A stretch of 64,000 bases of DNA from an uncultured Alphaproteobacteria bacterium (GCA_944392205.1 CALXVV010000002.1:20949-84948), one strand, 5' to 3'; shown: positions 49,736-59,470, numbered from the stretch's first letter. Notes: generated from the letters alone by a model not told the origin. Numbers and translations: made by a program.

Positions 49736-50731
49736 TTAGTCTACAATTTTTATTGAAAATTTATCGTTTGATGCTACAGGCTCCTCAGCTTTAAATACAG
49801 TGTTCTGAGAAGTTTCTCCGCGGCGTTTTTGCTCCAATGTCTCTATAATCATATCTAACTCTGCTACCGATGAATACTGCAGAACTACTTTGCCGCCGCC
49901 TTGTTTGTTGGGGCTAATCTTAATTCTTAGGCCCAAGCTTTTTACAAGTTGTCTTTCTATGTCGGCAATATCAGAATTTCTTTCTGTTTTTTCTTTAGCC
50001 GGTTTAGGAGTTTTTTGGCGAGAAACCAAATCTTCTACCTGGCGAACATTTAGATCTTTGGCTATTATCTGCTTGGCTAAAGAACTCGCGTTTTCTAGCC
50101 CAACAAGAGCTCTGGCATGGCCGGCGGAGAGTTTGCCTTCTTTTACAAGCTCCTGAACATCTGCCGGTAAAAACAACAGGCGCAAAGTATTAGCTATATG
50201 GCTGCGAGATTTGCCTACAATCTGAGACAACGCCTCTTGGGTATGGGCAAACTCATTTATGAGCCGCTGGTAACCTTCTGCCTCTTCTATGGCTGATAAA
50301 TTCTCACGCAAGATGTTTTCAACCAGAGCAGCCTCTAAAACCTCTTGATCATTCAAATCTTTGATAACAACCGGAACCTCTTGTAACCCGGCTATTTTTG
50401 CCGCCCGCCAACGGCGTTCTCCGGCGATCAGTTCATATTTATCTCCTTGGTGGCGTACCAAAAGAGGTTGTAAAACGCCCTTTTCTTTGATTGAATCTGC
50501 CAAGGATTGCAGAGCTTCCTTATCAAACTCCGTGCGCGGCTGATATTTTCCGGGAATAATATCATCAACACTTATGCTGTCAGTTGGTTTTATTTCTGTG
50601 TTGATTTCATTTTCCAAATCATCCCCCAGCAGGGCGCCCAGCCCTCTTCCCAAACTTTTTCTTTTGTGAGAGGCCTGGTTGGTGTGAACAGAATCATCGT
50701 TCAACAGCTCATCTAAATCATTATCTAACAT
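49736..50731 (-). CDS. parB: Chromosome partitioning protein ParB.
   Basis: ParB box GERRWRAA, HTH QEALSQIVGKSRSHIANTLRLL, and an N-terminal Lys/Asp-rich region. The start is set to ATG 50731 (MLDNDLDELL), 5 bp after the parA stop. The track start at 50800 overlaps parA. Confidence 0.9.
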   Translation of the reverse strand: MLDNDLDELLNDDSVHTNQASHKRKSLGRGLGALLGDDLENEINTEIKPTDSISVDDIIPGKYQPRTEFDKEALQSLADSIKEKGVLQPLLVRHQGDKYELIAGERRWRAAKIAGLQEVPVVIKDLNDQEVLEAALVENILRENLSAIEEAEGYQRLINEFAHTQEALSQIVGKSRSHIANTLRLLFLPADVQELVKEGKLSAGHARALVGLENASSLAKQIIAKDLNVRQVEDLVSRQKTPKPAKEKTERNSDIADIERQLVKSLGLRIKISPNKQGGGKVVLQYSSVAELDMIIETLEQKRRGETSQNTVFKAEEPVASNDKFSIKIVD

Positions 50732-51504
50732 GCAATTAATTCCTTTTCTCTCTTCAATACTTCTCCGGTGAGGCTGATATAGGCCTGAGACCCCGGACAT
50801 TTGAAATCATACAACAATACCGGCTTGCCGTGTGAGGGGGCTTCAGAAATTCTGACATTCCGCGGAATAACCGTATTGTAAACCTTTTTACCAAAGAAAT
50901 GGCGGACATCATCTTCTACCATCTGGCTTAGATTGTTGCGTTTGTCATACATTGTCAGCACAACGCCATGCAAAGCCAAAGACGGGTTAAATTTCTTCTT
51001 TATTTGATTTATGTTGCGAATTAAGTCCGTCACGCCCTCTAATGCCAAAAACTCACATTGCAGTGGTACGATAACAGCATCAGCGGCAACGAGTGCATTA
51101 ATTGTTACCAAGCTCAATGAAGGGGGGCAATCTATCAAAATATAGTCGTAGTTAACCGCATCTCTTTTCAGAGCTTTTTTGAGAGCAAACTCTCTGTTTT
51201 CCATATCAACCAGCTCAACCTCCGCACCGGCCAAGTCAGGAGAAGAAGGAACCAGCGAGAAATTGGGAATCTCTGTCCAGACAACGGCATCCGTTAATCT
51301 TTTTTCGCCCAACAAGACTTCATAACTTGAGGCCATGCGCCCTTTTTTGTTTATTCCCATTGAAGTTGAAGCGTTGCCTTGAGGATCCAAATCTACCACC
51401 AAAACTTTTTTACCGGCAGCGGCCATGGCCGTGGCAACATTGACCGTTGTCGTGGTTTTTCCGACTCCTCCCTTGCGGTTGGCAACAGCTAAAATTCTCG
51501 GCAT
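50725..51504 (-). CDS. parA: Chromosome partitioning ATPase ParA (Soj).
   Basis: Deviant Walker A KGGVGKTTT. About 259 aa. Directly follows rsmG. Confidence 0.95.
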   Translation of the reverse strand: MPRILAVANRKGGVGKTTTTVNVATAMAAAGKKVLVVDLDPQGNASTSMGINKKGRMASSYEVLLGEKRLTDAVVWTEIPNFSLVPSSPDLAGAEVELVDMENREFALKKALKRDAVNYDYILIDCPPSLSLVTINALVAADAVIVPLQCEFLALEGVTDLIRNINQIKKKFNPSLALHGVVLTMYDKRNNLSQMVEDDVRHFFGKKVYNTVIPRNVRISEAPSHGKPVLLYDFKCPGSQAYISLTGEVLKREKELIAC

Positions 51505-52131
51505 CTACTTTTCTCCTTTAATTTTGCTTAACTTGGTTATAACTAAAATTCTTCCCTCTTGGCTTTGCTCACTGGGCAAAATTTGGCACTTAAATTTCCA
51601 GTGGCGGTGAGCTTCTGCCAATTCCTCGACATATTTTTTACCCTTTGGAAAAATACAAATTGTTTCTTCTTTACAAAAGCGAAGAGCATACCCCAACAAA
51701 TCATTCAATGAAGCCATAGCTCTTGAGGTAATGACATCAGCCTTTTGGGCGGGAATTTTTTCGATTCTGTCATTTATGATATTTACTTTTGTGTTGGTCT
51801 GCGCCTTAACCTCGTTTAAATACAGTGTTTTCTTTCCTGTGCTCTCAACTAAATTAACTTTTAAATCCGGCAATTTTTCATTGGCTATAATTGCCAGTAC
51901 CATTCCCGGAAACCCAGCTCCAGAGCCAAAATCATACAAAACTTTGGCACTTTCCGGTATCAAAGAAAACAACTGAACAGAGTCCAAAAAATGACGGTTC
52001 CAGGCATCTTCCAGCGTGGCTGAACTAACCAAATTAAATTTTTGCTGCCAAGACAAAAGAAGCTCTTGGTAGGTTTTTAACTTGTCAAATGTTTCACGTG
52101 AAACATTGTATTTTTCGCAGAAATTTTTCAT
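51505..52131 (-). CDS. rsmG: 16S rRNA m7G527 methyltransferase RsmG (GidB).
   Basis: SAM-binding region DFGSGAGFPGMVLAI. About 208 aa. Sits in the conserved position before parA. Confidence 0.9.
   Translation of the reverse strand: MKNFCEKYNVSRETFDKLKTYQELLLSWQQKFNLVSSATLEDAWNRHFLDSVQLFSLIPESAKVLYDFGSGAGFPGMVLAIIANEKLPDLKVNLVESTGKKTLYLNEVKAQTNTKVNIINDRIEKIPAQKADVITSRAMASLNDLLGYALRFCKEETICIFPKGKKYVEELAEAHRHWKFKCQILPSEQSQEGRILVITKLSKIKGEK
52090..52105. promoter_or_regulatory. parS centromere site (perfect 16-bp palindrome).
   Basis: tgtttcacgtgaaaca equals the universal parS consensus TGTTTCACGTGAAACA. It lies inside the 5' end of the rsmG coding sequence. Confidence 0.8.
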
Positions 52132-52258
52132 AAGATATTTTTATAATTTTTATGAAAAATTTAAAACACAAAAAATCAAGTTATAAACACCTTATTCTGA
52201 CACTCATAAAATAGACTCTTATTTCAACCACTTAGACACCGTTCTTTGAATCAAATTA

Positions 52259-53065
52259 TCAAAATTTAAATCTCTTTTTACAGCCAAGTTCTGCAAGTTT
52301 GGATTCTGCCTCGGCAAAATATTGTCCTAAACAATCAGTATTGTGTGCATCGTCACTGATGAGGGTCGGAACCCCTGCCCTCACCAGCTCCTTTACAATC
52401 CACCAATCAGGGCTTGGAATTCCACAGCGTCTGATGCCGTTGGTGTTTATTTCAAATGGGGTTTTTGTTTGCTTAAAGGCCTCTATCACTTTCCACTTCC
52501 AATCATCCCACTCCGATTCTGTGCAGAGACCTAAATTTGATGCTAGGTCAAAATGAGCTATAAAAGCAAAATAGCCGCTATTTATGCAATCTATGATGTT
52601 TTGCCAATGGTTTCTAAGATATTCTTTCATGCTTTCGTCTTTTATCGGCTTTCCGCCTAGCCGCCAAATATTGTAAATATTTTGCTCATCTTTGCTAAAG
52701 GCGTTGTGATTAGATCCGATAACATAGTCCGGCTTTACCTCTTTTAACATCTTTTCAAAGGCATCTCTCCATATTTTTGATGGGAAAAAGTCAACCTCAA
52801 ACCCTGCATAAACTTTTATCTTGTGGCGACTGGCAGCTTCCCTTGTCTGCTCAATATCCTTTTTGGCATAGTCCAGAGCCTTTGTGAGGTTACTAAAAAA
52901 CATAGAATGTTCTTCAGAAATATTGGGATGGTAAACAAAATGGTTGCTAACACCAATCTCTGAAAAACCTATTTCCTCTGCTCTTGACAACATCTCATCA
53001 CAAGTGTTGTGCCCATCTGCTATTCCTTGGCTGGAATTATGTGAGTGATAGGTAAAATCTTGCAT
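52259..53065 (-). CDS. PHP-domain metal-dependent phosphoesterase (HisK-like histidinol-phosphatase family).
   Basis: PHP motifs YHSHNSSQGIADGH (HxH...DG), GFEVD, IGSNHN, IAHFDL and EINTNG. Its ATG overlaps the stop of the upstream HD gene by 1 nt. Confidence 0.7.
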   Translation of the reverse strand: MQDFTYHSHNSSQGIADGHNTCDEMLSRAEEIGFSEIGVSNHFVYHPNISEEHSMFFSNLTKALDYAKKDIEQTREAASRHKIKVYAGFEVDFFPSKIWRDAFEKMLKEVKPDYVIGSNHNAFSKDEQNIYNIWRLGGKPIKDESMKEYLRNHWQNIIDCINSGYFAFIAHFDLASNLGLCTESEWDDWKWKVIEAFKQTKTPFEINTNGIRRCGIPSPDWWIVKELVRAGVPTLISDDAHNTDCLGQYFAEAESKLAELGCKKRFKF

Positions 53066-53676
53066 TACTTTATCCCCAACAACTCATAAATATCTTGTCC
53101 GCAGAGCTTATCAAATCGCTTTTTTAACTTCTCTGCAGCTTTTTTCATGCCTTCCGACTCTTTTGGATCTCTATTATATTTTTTGATTATATAGTCAATC
53201 CGTTCTTCCAGTCTTACAAACTTTCTGTGACAGCAAAGCATGTCACTCAGCTGGATTAAATAATCGTAGTCATCCAACTCCATTTTTGATATAAGTTCTT
53301 TTGCTCGCTCTATTTCCTTTTTATCATAGACAAAGTGCTCCGGGGCAAATGTTCCTTTCCAAAAGCTGTGAGTTAAGCATACCCTAGCAATTTCATCATA
53401 ACCTAGCTTCATCATCTCATCATAGCCAGCTGTGCCGTGAAAGGTGCCGGGAACGGTTCTTTCTATATATTCACCATAGTCATGAAAAAGCCCTAAAATT
53501 TTGGCCTTATGACTATCTAAACCACAATGTGAGGCTATCTTTTCTGCACAGCGAGAAACATCTATATAGTGGTGAACAGATTCATCTGCTGCACACCCTC
53601 TTGCAATATTTGGCTCTTTTGTTTTTTCACAAACAAAATCAAAAAGATTTTTGACTGCTTTTTTATCCGGTAACAT
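53065..53676 (-). CDS. HD-domain phosphohydrolase, paralogue 2.
   Basis: HD motif GLFHDYGE and conserved blocks FHGTAGYDEMMKLGYDEIARVCLTHSF and DDYDYLIQLSDM, which are shared with the adjacent paralogue. Confidence 0.7.
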   Translation of the reverse strand: MLPDKKAVKNLFDFVCEKTKEPNIARGCAADESVHHYIDVSRCAEKIASHCGLDSHKAKILGLFHDYGEYIERTVPGTFHGTAGYDEMMKLGYDEIARVCLTHSFWKGTFAPEHFVYDKKEIERAKELISKMELDDYDYLIQLSDMLCCHRKFVRLEERIDYIIKKYNRDPKESEGMKKAAEKLKKRFDKLCGQDIYELLGIK

Positions 53677-53681
53677 CTATG

Positions 53682-53700
53682 GCCCCCTTTTTTAGGGGGC
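53682..53700 (-). promoter_or_regulatory. Intercistronic hairpin that sequesters the Shine-Dalgarno of HD paralogue 2.
   Basis: On the mRNA: gcccccuaaaaaagggggc, then cauag and AUG. A 6-bp GC stem. The purine-rich agggggc that would serve as the SD is one arm of the stem. No U-run follows, so it is not a terminator. Confidence 0.4.
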
Positions 53701-53711
53701 TATTCTAGCAT

Positions 53712-54326
53712 CTATATATTTAATATTTTGTAAACATCCATTCCGCAAAGAGCATCAAAATATGTTTTGTTTCTTTTTGTATATTTCTCTTGTTCTTTCG
53801 TTTGTTCTTTGTCCAAACCATAACGTTTTCTTATGCCGGCAAGGCGCTCTTCAAAACCGACTTTGGACATTCCCTCAAAAAACATATCGCATAGCTGTAT
53901 TAAGCGATCATAATCATCATATTCTTCTATTTCATCCAACTTTTGATGAGCCCAGTGCAACCATTCCGGCCGATATGAAGCATAATACTTGTCGTTAAAT
54001 TTTTTATTTGGAAAGCTATGAGTCAGACAGATACGCGCACATTCATCATAGCCCAACTTTAGCAATTCTTCATAGCCTGTTTGGGCGTGAAATTTGCCAG
54101 TCAATTTTTCATCGTATTTCTTGCCATAGTCATGTAATAAACCGACAATATATGCCTTTTCAGAGTTTAAATACGGTGTTTTTTCCGCTATTTTTTGAGC
54201 TGCCTCTGCCACACCGGTAGTGTGAAAAACATATTCCTTATAAATGGGCCAATCGTAAGGTTGTTTTAATCTAAAATCTATTCCCTCTTGCCATAGCTGT
54301 TTGGCTTTTTGCAGAGAAGGTATCAT
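53712..54326 (-). CDS. HD-domain phosphohydrolase, paralogue 1.
   Basis: Metal-ligand series H35 (VFHTTGV), H65-D66 (LLHDYGK), H80 (FHAQTGYEE), H103 (CLTHSF) and D147 (LIQLCDM). The ATG overlaps the mnmG stop (ATGA). Confidence 0.7.
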   Translation of the reverse strand: MIPSLQKAKQLWQEGIDFRLKQPYDWPIYKEYVFHTTGVAEAAQKIAEKTPYLNSEKAYIVGLLHDYGKKYDEKLTGKFHAQTGYEELLKLGYDECARICLTHSFPNKKFNDKYYASYRPEWLHWAHQKLDEIEEYDDYDRLIQLCDMFFEGMSKVGFEERLAGIRKRYGLDKEQTKEQEKYTKRNKTYFDALCGMDVYKILNI

Positions 54327-56173
54327 TTTTTTACATATCCCAAAATGGCTGTGATTGCTGCAGGTGTAACACCCGGAATTCTTGAGGCCTCTCCTATAGT
54401 TGACGGACGAACCTTAGAAAGCTTTGTCACCATTTCGCGCGACAAACCTCCTATCTTGCTATAATCTATATCTTCTTTTAAGCGCAGATTTTCATCTTTT
54501 TTGAAAACTTCTATATCTGCCATTTGACGTTTGATATAGCCAGAATACCGTGCCTCTATCTCCACCTGCTCGTAAATATCATCTGCAACATTCTCAAATT
54601 GTGGCCAGATGCTATTGATGGTTTCACGTGAAACATCGTGATAAGACATAACATTAAAAGCACTTCTTCTGACACCGTCTTGTTTGATGTTTATTCCTCT
54701 TTTTTCTAATTCAATAGGAAGAATATTTTCAGCCTCTGCTGCTTTTCTAAAGTCGTTTATTGCCTTCTTTTTGGCTTTAAATACACTGTATCTATATTCT
54801 CCGACACAGCCTATTTTATAGCCTTTCTCTGTCAAACGCTGGTCTGCGTTATCGGCTCTCAAAAACAATCTATATTCAGAACGAGATGTGAACATTCTAT
54901 ATGGTTCATCAACTCCCTTGGTGATCAAGTCATCAACCATCACACCCATATAGCCCTCTGCTCTGTCTACAGTGAAAATATCATCTCTTCCTAAAGCTGA
55001 TAAAGCGGCATTCACTCCAGCCAAAAGACCTTGTGCCGCGGCCTCCTCATAGCCCGTTGTTCCATTAATCTGACCAGCCAAAAATAGACCCGGAACCTTT
55101 TTTACAGCCAATCTGCTATCTAATTCTTGCGGATCTACATAGTCATATTCTATGGCATAGGCCGGGCGCAAAATCTCTACATTTTCCAACCCCGCCATAG
55201 TATGAATAAACTGATCTTGAACATCCGCCGGCAGTGATGTCGATATTCCGTTTGGGTAAACAACATCCGTATTTAACCCTTCTGGCTCCAAAAATATTTG
55301 GTGACTGGTGCGGTCTGCAAATTTGACCAGCTTATCTTCTATGCTAGGACAATATCTTGGCCCGATGCCAGTTATAAGCCCAGAAAACAGTGCACATTTC
55401 GAAAAATTATCTCTTATTATCTTGTGCGTTCTCTCATTTGTGTGCGTGATGTAGCATTTTATCTGCGGATTTTCCAACTTCTCAGTCAAAAAAGAAAAAG
55501 GTTGCGGATTTTTATCTCCTTCTTGGGATTCCAAAATATCCCAGTTAATTGTTTTACCATTCAACCTGGCGGGGGTGCCTGTCTTCAGGCGCCCTACTTT
55601 TAGCCCCATATCCTTTAAATACGGTGTTATACCTGTACAGCTGATGTCATTTACCCTGCCCCCAACATATGTTTGGTGGCCAATAAACATTATTCCGTTC
55701 AAAAAAGTACCTGAGGTCAATACTACCGCTTTGGCCCTCAGTTCTCTTCCGTCTGCAAGTTTTACACCGCAAACTTTTCCTTTCTCAACAATAAAACCTT
55801 CTGCTGAGGCTTCTACTAACTCTAAATTTTTTTGCTCCCTTAGCGCCTCTAGCATATATTTTTTATAAAGCTCTCTGTCTGCTTGAGCTCTTGGACCCCT
55901 TACTGCCGGACCTTTTGAGGCATTGAGCATTCTAAACTGTATGCCGGCTTTATCTATAACGCGCCCCATCAATCCATCTAGCGCATCAATCTCTCTTACC
56001 AAATGTCCTTTACCCAGACCCCCTATGGCCGGGTTGCAAGACATCTCGCCAATAGTTGAAATCTTGTGAGTTACCAAGGCTGTATCAGCTCCTATCCGGG
56101 CTGCTGCTGCGCAGGCCTCACATCCGGCATGGCCGCCGCCGACAACAATTACGTCATATTCTGTTTTAGTCAT
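54323..56173 (-). CDS. mnmG: tRNA uridine 5-carboxymethylaminomethyl modification enzyme MnmG (GidA).
   Basis: FAD-binding N-terminus [15 protein letters not shown] and the full-length conserved GidA body (about 616 aa), ending ...[10 protein letters not shown]. Confidence 0.95.
   Translation of the reverse strand: MTKTEYDVIVVGGGHAGCEACAAAARIGADTALVTHKISTIGEMSCNPAIGGLGKGHLVREIDALDGLMGRVIDKAGIQFRMLNASKGPAVRGPRAQADRELYKKYMLEALREQKNLELVEASAEGFIVEKGKVCGVKLADGRELRAKAVVLTSGTFLNGIMFIGHQTYVGGRVNDISCTGITPYLKDMGLKVGRLKTGTPARLNGKTINWDILESQEGDKNPQPFSFLTEKLENPQIKCYITHTNERTHKIIRDNFSKCALFSGLITGIGPRYCPSIEDKLVKFADRTSHQIFLEPEGLNTDVVYPNGISTSLPADVQDQFIHTMAGLENVEILRPAYAIEYDYVDPQELDSRLAVKKVPGLFLAGQINGTTGYEEAAAQGLLAGVNAALSALGRDDIFTVDRAEGYMGVMVDDLITKGVDEPYRMFTSRSEYRLFLRADNADQRLTEKGYKIGCVGEYRYSVFKAKKKAINDFRKAAEAENILPIELEKRGINIKQDGVRRSAFNVMSYHDVSRETINSIWPQFENVADDIYEQVEIEARYSGYIKRQMADIEVFKKDENLRLKEDIDYSKIGGLSREMVTKLSKVRPSTIGEASRIPGVTPAAITAILGYVKK
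54619..54634. promoter_or_regulatory. parS-like site (15 of 16 match, with a perfect 14-bp core).
   Basis: ggtttcacgtgaaaca. The GTTTCACGTGAAAC core is intact. It lies inside the mnmG coding sequence. Confidence 0.65.
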
Positions 56174-56276
56174 AGAATTTTGCCTCTTTTCAATTGCCTA
56201 AGCTATAATACAGCCTTTCCTTTTTTGCAATAAAAAAATCCGCCTCTCTTTTTTTTGAGAAACGGATTTTTCTTTG

Positions 56277-56651
56277 CTATTTCTTACCTATCAGATATTC
56301 AAGCATTTTACGAAAATATGATAGTTTTTCAACAATCAGCCTCGGCTCTATGCGTGCACAATGGGCAAGAATGTTAAAAATAACAATATGCTCAAAGCTC
56401 CATCTGCCCTCGTGACGCTCTTTATCTAACAAATAAGCCTGGCGCTCAAAATTACCGGTTATGTCATATATCTTCATGATATAACTTCTGTCGTTATGGT
56501 CTGAGGCCAAAAAATCAAGAACCTCTTTTAGGTCAGATACATCTATCTTTTTATTGTCATAAAAGCGGCTTAATTGCTCTTGAAGTTCTGCCACATTATA
56601 TTGTGGTTGACCAGCAAGAAATTGTTCCAATAATTCATTTTTCATAGGCAT
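56277..56651 (-). CDS. Hypothetical protein (124 aa) inserted between mnmE and mnmG.
   Basis: Clean ORF with no recognisable motif. It occupies a junction that is normally contiguous in alphaproteobacteria. Confidence 0.4.
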   Translation of the reverse strand: MPMKNELLEQFLAGQPQYNVAELQEQLSRFYDNKKIDVSDLKEVLDFLASDHNDRSYIMKIYDITGNFERQAYLLDKERHEGRWSFEHIVIFNILAHCARIEPRLIVEKLSYFRKMLEYLIGKK

Positions 56652-56702
56652 AATACTTAAGTGTTTTGACTAAAGCTAACCATATAACACTTAAATGTCA
56701 AA

Positions 56703-58046
56703 TTATTTTCCAATACAAAAAGAGCCGAATATCTTATCTAATATTTCTTCTACTTCTATTCTGCCGGTGATTTTGCCAAGCTCTCTGGCTGCCAGACGAA
56801 TATCTTCCGCTGTTAGTTCTATTTCTTTGTCAAAACTAAACTGCTCCAAATTTTCTACTGTTTTTTGCAAGGCCTCTCTATAGCGTCGGCGCGTTATCAG
56901 GGCTCCGGAACTTGAGCTGAAAACAGATTTTATACGATCTTCTATGGCGTTAAGAAGCGTTTTGACACTTTCATAATCTTTGGCAGAGATAATCAAACAT
57001 CCTTCTTTTTTAATCTTTGAACATTGTTCAGATGTTAATTTATCACTTTTATTTGCTACAAATAACATTTTGTCTTTAAATGATTTTTTAATATTATCAA
57101 ACAGTTGAACAGAGTCTTTACACCCATCAAACAAACATATTACCAAATCTGCTTCTGCTATTTTGCTTTGGGTTATCTCTATGCCTTTTTTCTCTATTAT
57201 TTCCTCCGTTTCTCTCAAACCGGCGGTATCTGTGAAAATAACAGGATATCCACCTAAATCCAGATAAATATCTATGGCATCTCTGGTGGTGCCGGCAATA
57301 TCTGATACGATAACAGCCTCTCTTTTGACTATCGTATTAATTAAGCTTGATTTTCCTGCGTTTGGCGGGCCTACAATAACTACCCTGAAACCTTCTCTAA
57401 GCCTCTCCCCTGCTGAATTGTCAGACAAGTGTGCTTTGATGTCTTGTTTTAGTTTAAATACACTGTTTTCCATATCAGAAATTATATCTTGAGGAATTTC
57501 TTCTTCAGGAAAATCTATATAAGCTTCTAAATGGGCAAGGATTTTTAATAAACCTTCTCTCCAGCCCTCATATAAATTCTTTAAGCCTCCTTCCATCTGT
57601 CTTATGGCGTATTTCTGCTGCTCGGAGGTTTCGGCATCTATCAAATCTGCAAGTCCTTCAGCCTCTGTTAAATCCATTTTGCCGTTATAGAAGGCTCTCT
57701 TGGAAAATTCTCCGGGCTCTGCTAACCTAAAACCATCTATACAAGATAAACTATCCATGATTGACGATATAACGGCTCTGGAACCGTGAGTTTGAAATTC
57801 GACGATATCTTCACCGCTAAAAGAATTTGGTGCCTTAAAATACAATAAAAGGGCTTTATCTAACTTCCTCTTATCTTTTGCATGATGCAAAGATGCAAAA
57901 TAAGCATATCTTGGTTTTATATTTTCAACATCCAAATTGGTCATTGCCTTAACAGCTTCTAAAGCCTTATCTCCGGATATACGTATCACCGCCACACCGG
58001 ATTTACCAAAAACCGTCGATAAAGCATATATTGTTTGATTATCCAT
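56703..58046 (-). CDS. mnmE: tRNA modification GTPase MnmE (TrmE).
   Basis: G domain motifs G1 GPPNAGKSSL, G3 DTAG and G4 NKSD. C-terminal ...FCIGK (the MnmE C-terminal CxGK motif). N-terminal THF-binding domain. Confidence 0.9.
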   Translation of the reverse strand: MDNQTIYALSTVFGKSGVAVIRISGDKALEAVKAMTNLDVENIKPRYAYFASLHHAKDKRKLDKALLLYFKAPNSFSGEDIVEFQTHGSRAVISSIMDSLSCIDGFRLAEPGEFSKRAFYNGKMDLTEAEGLADLIDAETSEQQKYAIRQMEGGLKNLYEGWREGLLKILAHLEAYIDFPEEEIPQDIISDMENSVFKLKQDIKAHLSDNSAGERLREGFRVVIVGPPNAGKSSLINTIVKREAVIVSDIAGTTRDAIDIYLDLGGYPVIFTDTAGLRETEEIIEKKGIEITQSKIAEADLVICLFDGCKDSVQLFDNIKKSFKDKMLFVANKSDKLTSEQCSKIKKEGCLIISAKDYESVKTLLNAIEDRIKSVFSSSSGALITRRRYREALQKTVENLEQFSFDKEIELTAEDIRLAARELGKITGRIEVEEILDKIFGSFCIGK

Positions 58047-58224
58047 AATTTACCTCTCTTTTGTGTTTATAAAATCATTATTTCTCCCTGACAAGAGCAA
58101 AAAGCCGTTTTTTTGACTCTGGAGAGGTTTTTCAATCTTTCTTAATAAATTCATCATAAACTTATTGAAATTCTTTTCTGTGGGCTTTTAACGGACTCAC
58201 TTTTTTTAAACCGAAAGTTGATAT

Positions 58225-58905
58225 ATGAGTAAAAAATCTAATTTTCTTGTTGTTTGGGATTTTGACGGCGTTATTGCCGATACCGAAAAATTGTGGCTGC
58301 AAACCAGAATGGAACTCCTAAACAAAGTTTATGGTCTTAACTGGGACATGGATACCGTCAATAATTTTTTGGGCGGTATGAGCGATAAAACCAAACAAGA
58401 TGTTCTTCTTAAACTCGGTATTGAAACAGATGAGGAATTTTGGAAAGAAGCTTTGCGCCTTGATATGGAAAAAATGCTCAAAGGCTTTGCTTTGACCGAA
58501 GGAATTAAAGATATTTTTGACCTCTCCTATATTGAGCAGTGCATAGCTACCGGCGGAATAGCTTCTAAAACTGAGCAAAAAATTAAAATGGTCGGAATTG
58601 AAAATTATTTTCCGCCACAAAAGGTGTTTACTGCTGATATGGTTGCTTACGGCAAACCAGAACCCGATTTATTTTTGCTAGCTGCCGAATCTATGGGGTT
58701 TGAACCGCAAAATTGTATTGTGGTTGAAGATTCTATTGCCGGCCTCACCGCGGCTCAAAAAGCCAAAATGATCCCCGTTGCTTTTATCGGCAGTGACTTG
58801 TATGACAAAGCTGATTATACCTCTCGCATTAAAAATATGGGTATAAATAATATTTTTGATAAAATGTCAGATGTAAAAAATTTTATTGAAAATTTAGTTG
58901 GTTAG
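58225..58905 (+). CDS. HAD-superfamily hydrolase, subfamily IA (beta-phosphoglucomutase / phosphatase-like).
   Basis: Motif I VVWDFDGVIADTE, motif III AYGKPEPD and motif IV VVEDSIAG. Confidence 0.7.
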   Translation: MSKKSNFLVVWDFDGVIADTEKLWLQTRMELLNKVYGLNWDMDTVNNFLGGMSDKTKQDVLLKLGIETDEEFWKEALRLDMEKMLKGFALTEGIKDIFDLSYIEQCIATGGIASKTEQKIKMVGIENYFPPQKVFTADMVAYGKPEPDLFLLAAESMGFEPQNCIVVEDSIAGLTAAQKAKMIPVAFIGSDLYDKADYTSRIKNMGINNIFDKMSDVKNFIENLVG

Positions 58906-58947
58906 TTGTATCTATATAGCTATCAAAACCCTATAATTCTTACCATT

Positions 58948-59433
58948 ATGAAAAGAAAATCTTATTATTTGTTAATTGCTTTTGTTATATTGTTTGCAAT
59001 TGCAACCATTGTCGGCCTTGTGTCTCCCAAACATCTGGCTATCAAAATTACCGGCTTGCTCTGGGGAGTTTATTTCTTCTTTAATCTTAAAAGAGGAAGA
59101 GTTCCTATTCAGTCTGCCTTATTGAGAACTATGTGGGGCTTGTTTGCCGCTGCTCTTTTCATCCTTTCGGCTTTTAAGAGTATCTATTGGTTCCTGTTGG
59201 CCGGCTGTGTGATGATACTTATTCAAAAGTTGGCTCCGCCCATCAGCTATTTCTTAGGGTTTAAAGAATATGATGTTGCTGTTTATTGGAGCGGAACAAT
59301 CACTGATGAAGGAGAAGTTATAGGAATGGATAAGGACTCAATTTGCAATGGCTGGTTCGGAACATTCTTTGTTGTTTTGTTAGTAATGATGGTCTTAATT
59401 CCTATAGTTTGGGATGCTTCTTACGTACTGTAA
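58948..59433 (+). CDS. Hypothetical integral membrane protein.
   Basis: MKRKSYYLLIAFVILFAIATIVG..., with 4 predicted TM helices. The track start at 58906 adds 14 residues. No motif recognised. Confidence 0.4.
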   Translation: MKRKSYYLLIAFVILFAIATIVGLVSPKHLAIKITGLLWGVYFFFNLKRGRVPIQSALLRTMWGLFAAALFILSAFKSIYWFLLAGCVMILIQKLAPPISYFLGFKEYDVAVYWSGTITDEGEVIGMDKDSICNGWFGTFFVVLLVMMVLIPIVWDASYVL

Positions 59434-59437
59434 TAAT

Positions 59438-59470
59438 AAACCCCTTTGATTTTATTCAAAGGGGTTTATT
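59438..59470. terminator. Bidirectional terminator between the membrane-protein gene (+) and rho (-).
   Basis: aaacccctttgattttattcaaaggggttt: a 10-bp stem flanked by A and T runs. Confidence 0.7.

Noticed and set aside
50732-50800. N-terminal 23-aa extension of parB.
   Set aside because: It overlaps the 3' end of parA. ATG 50731 lies 5 bp after the parA stop.
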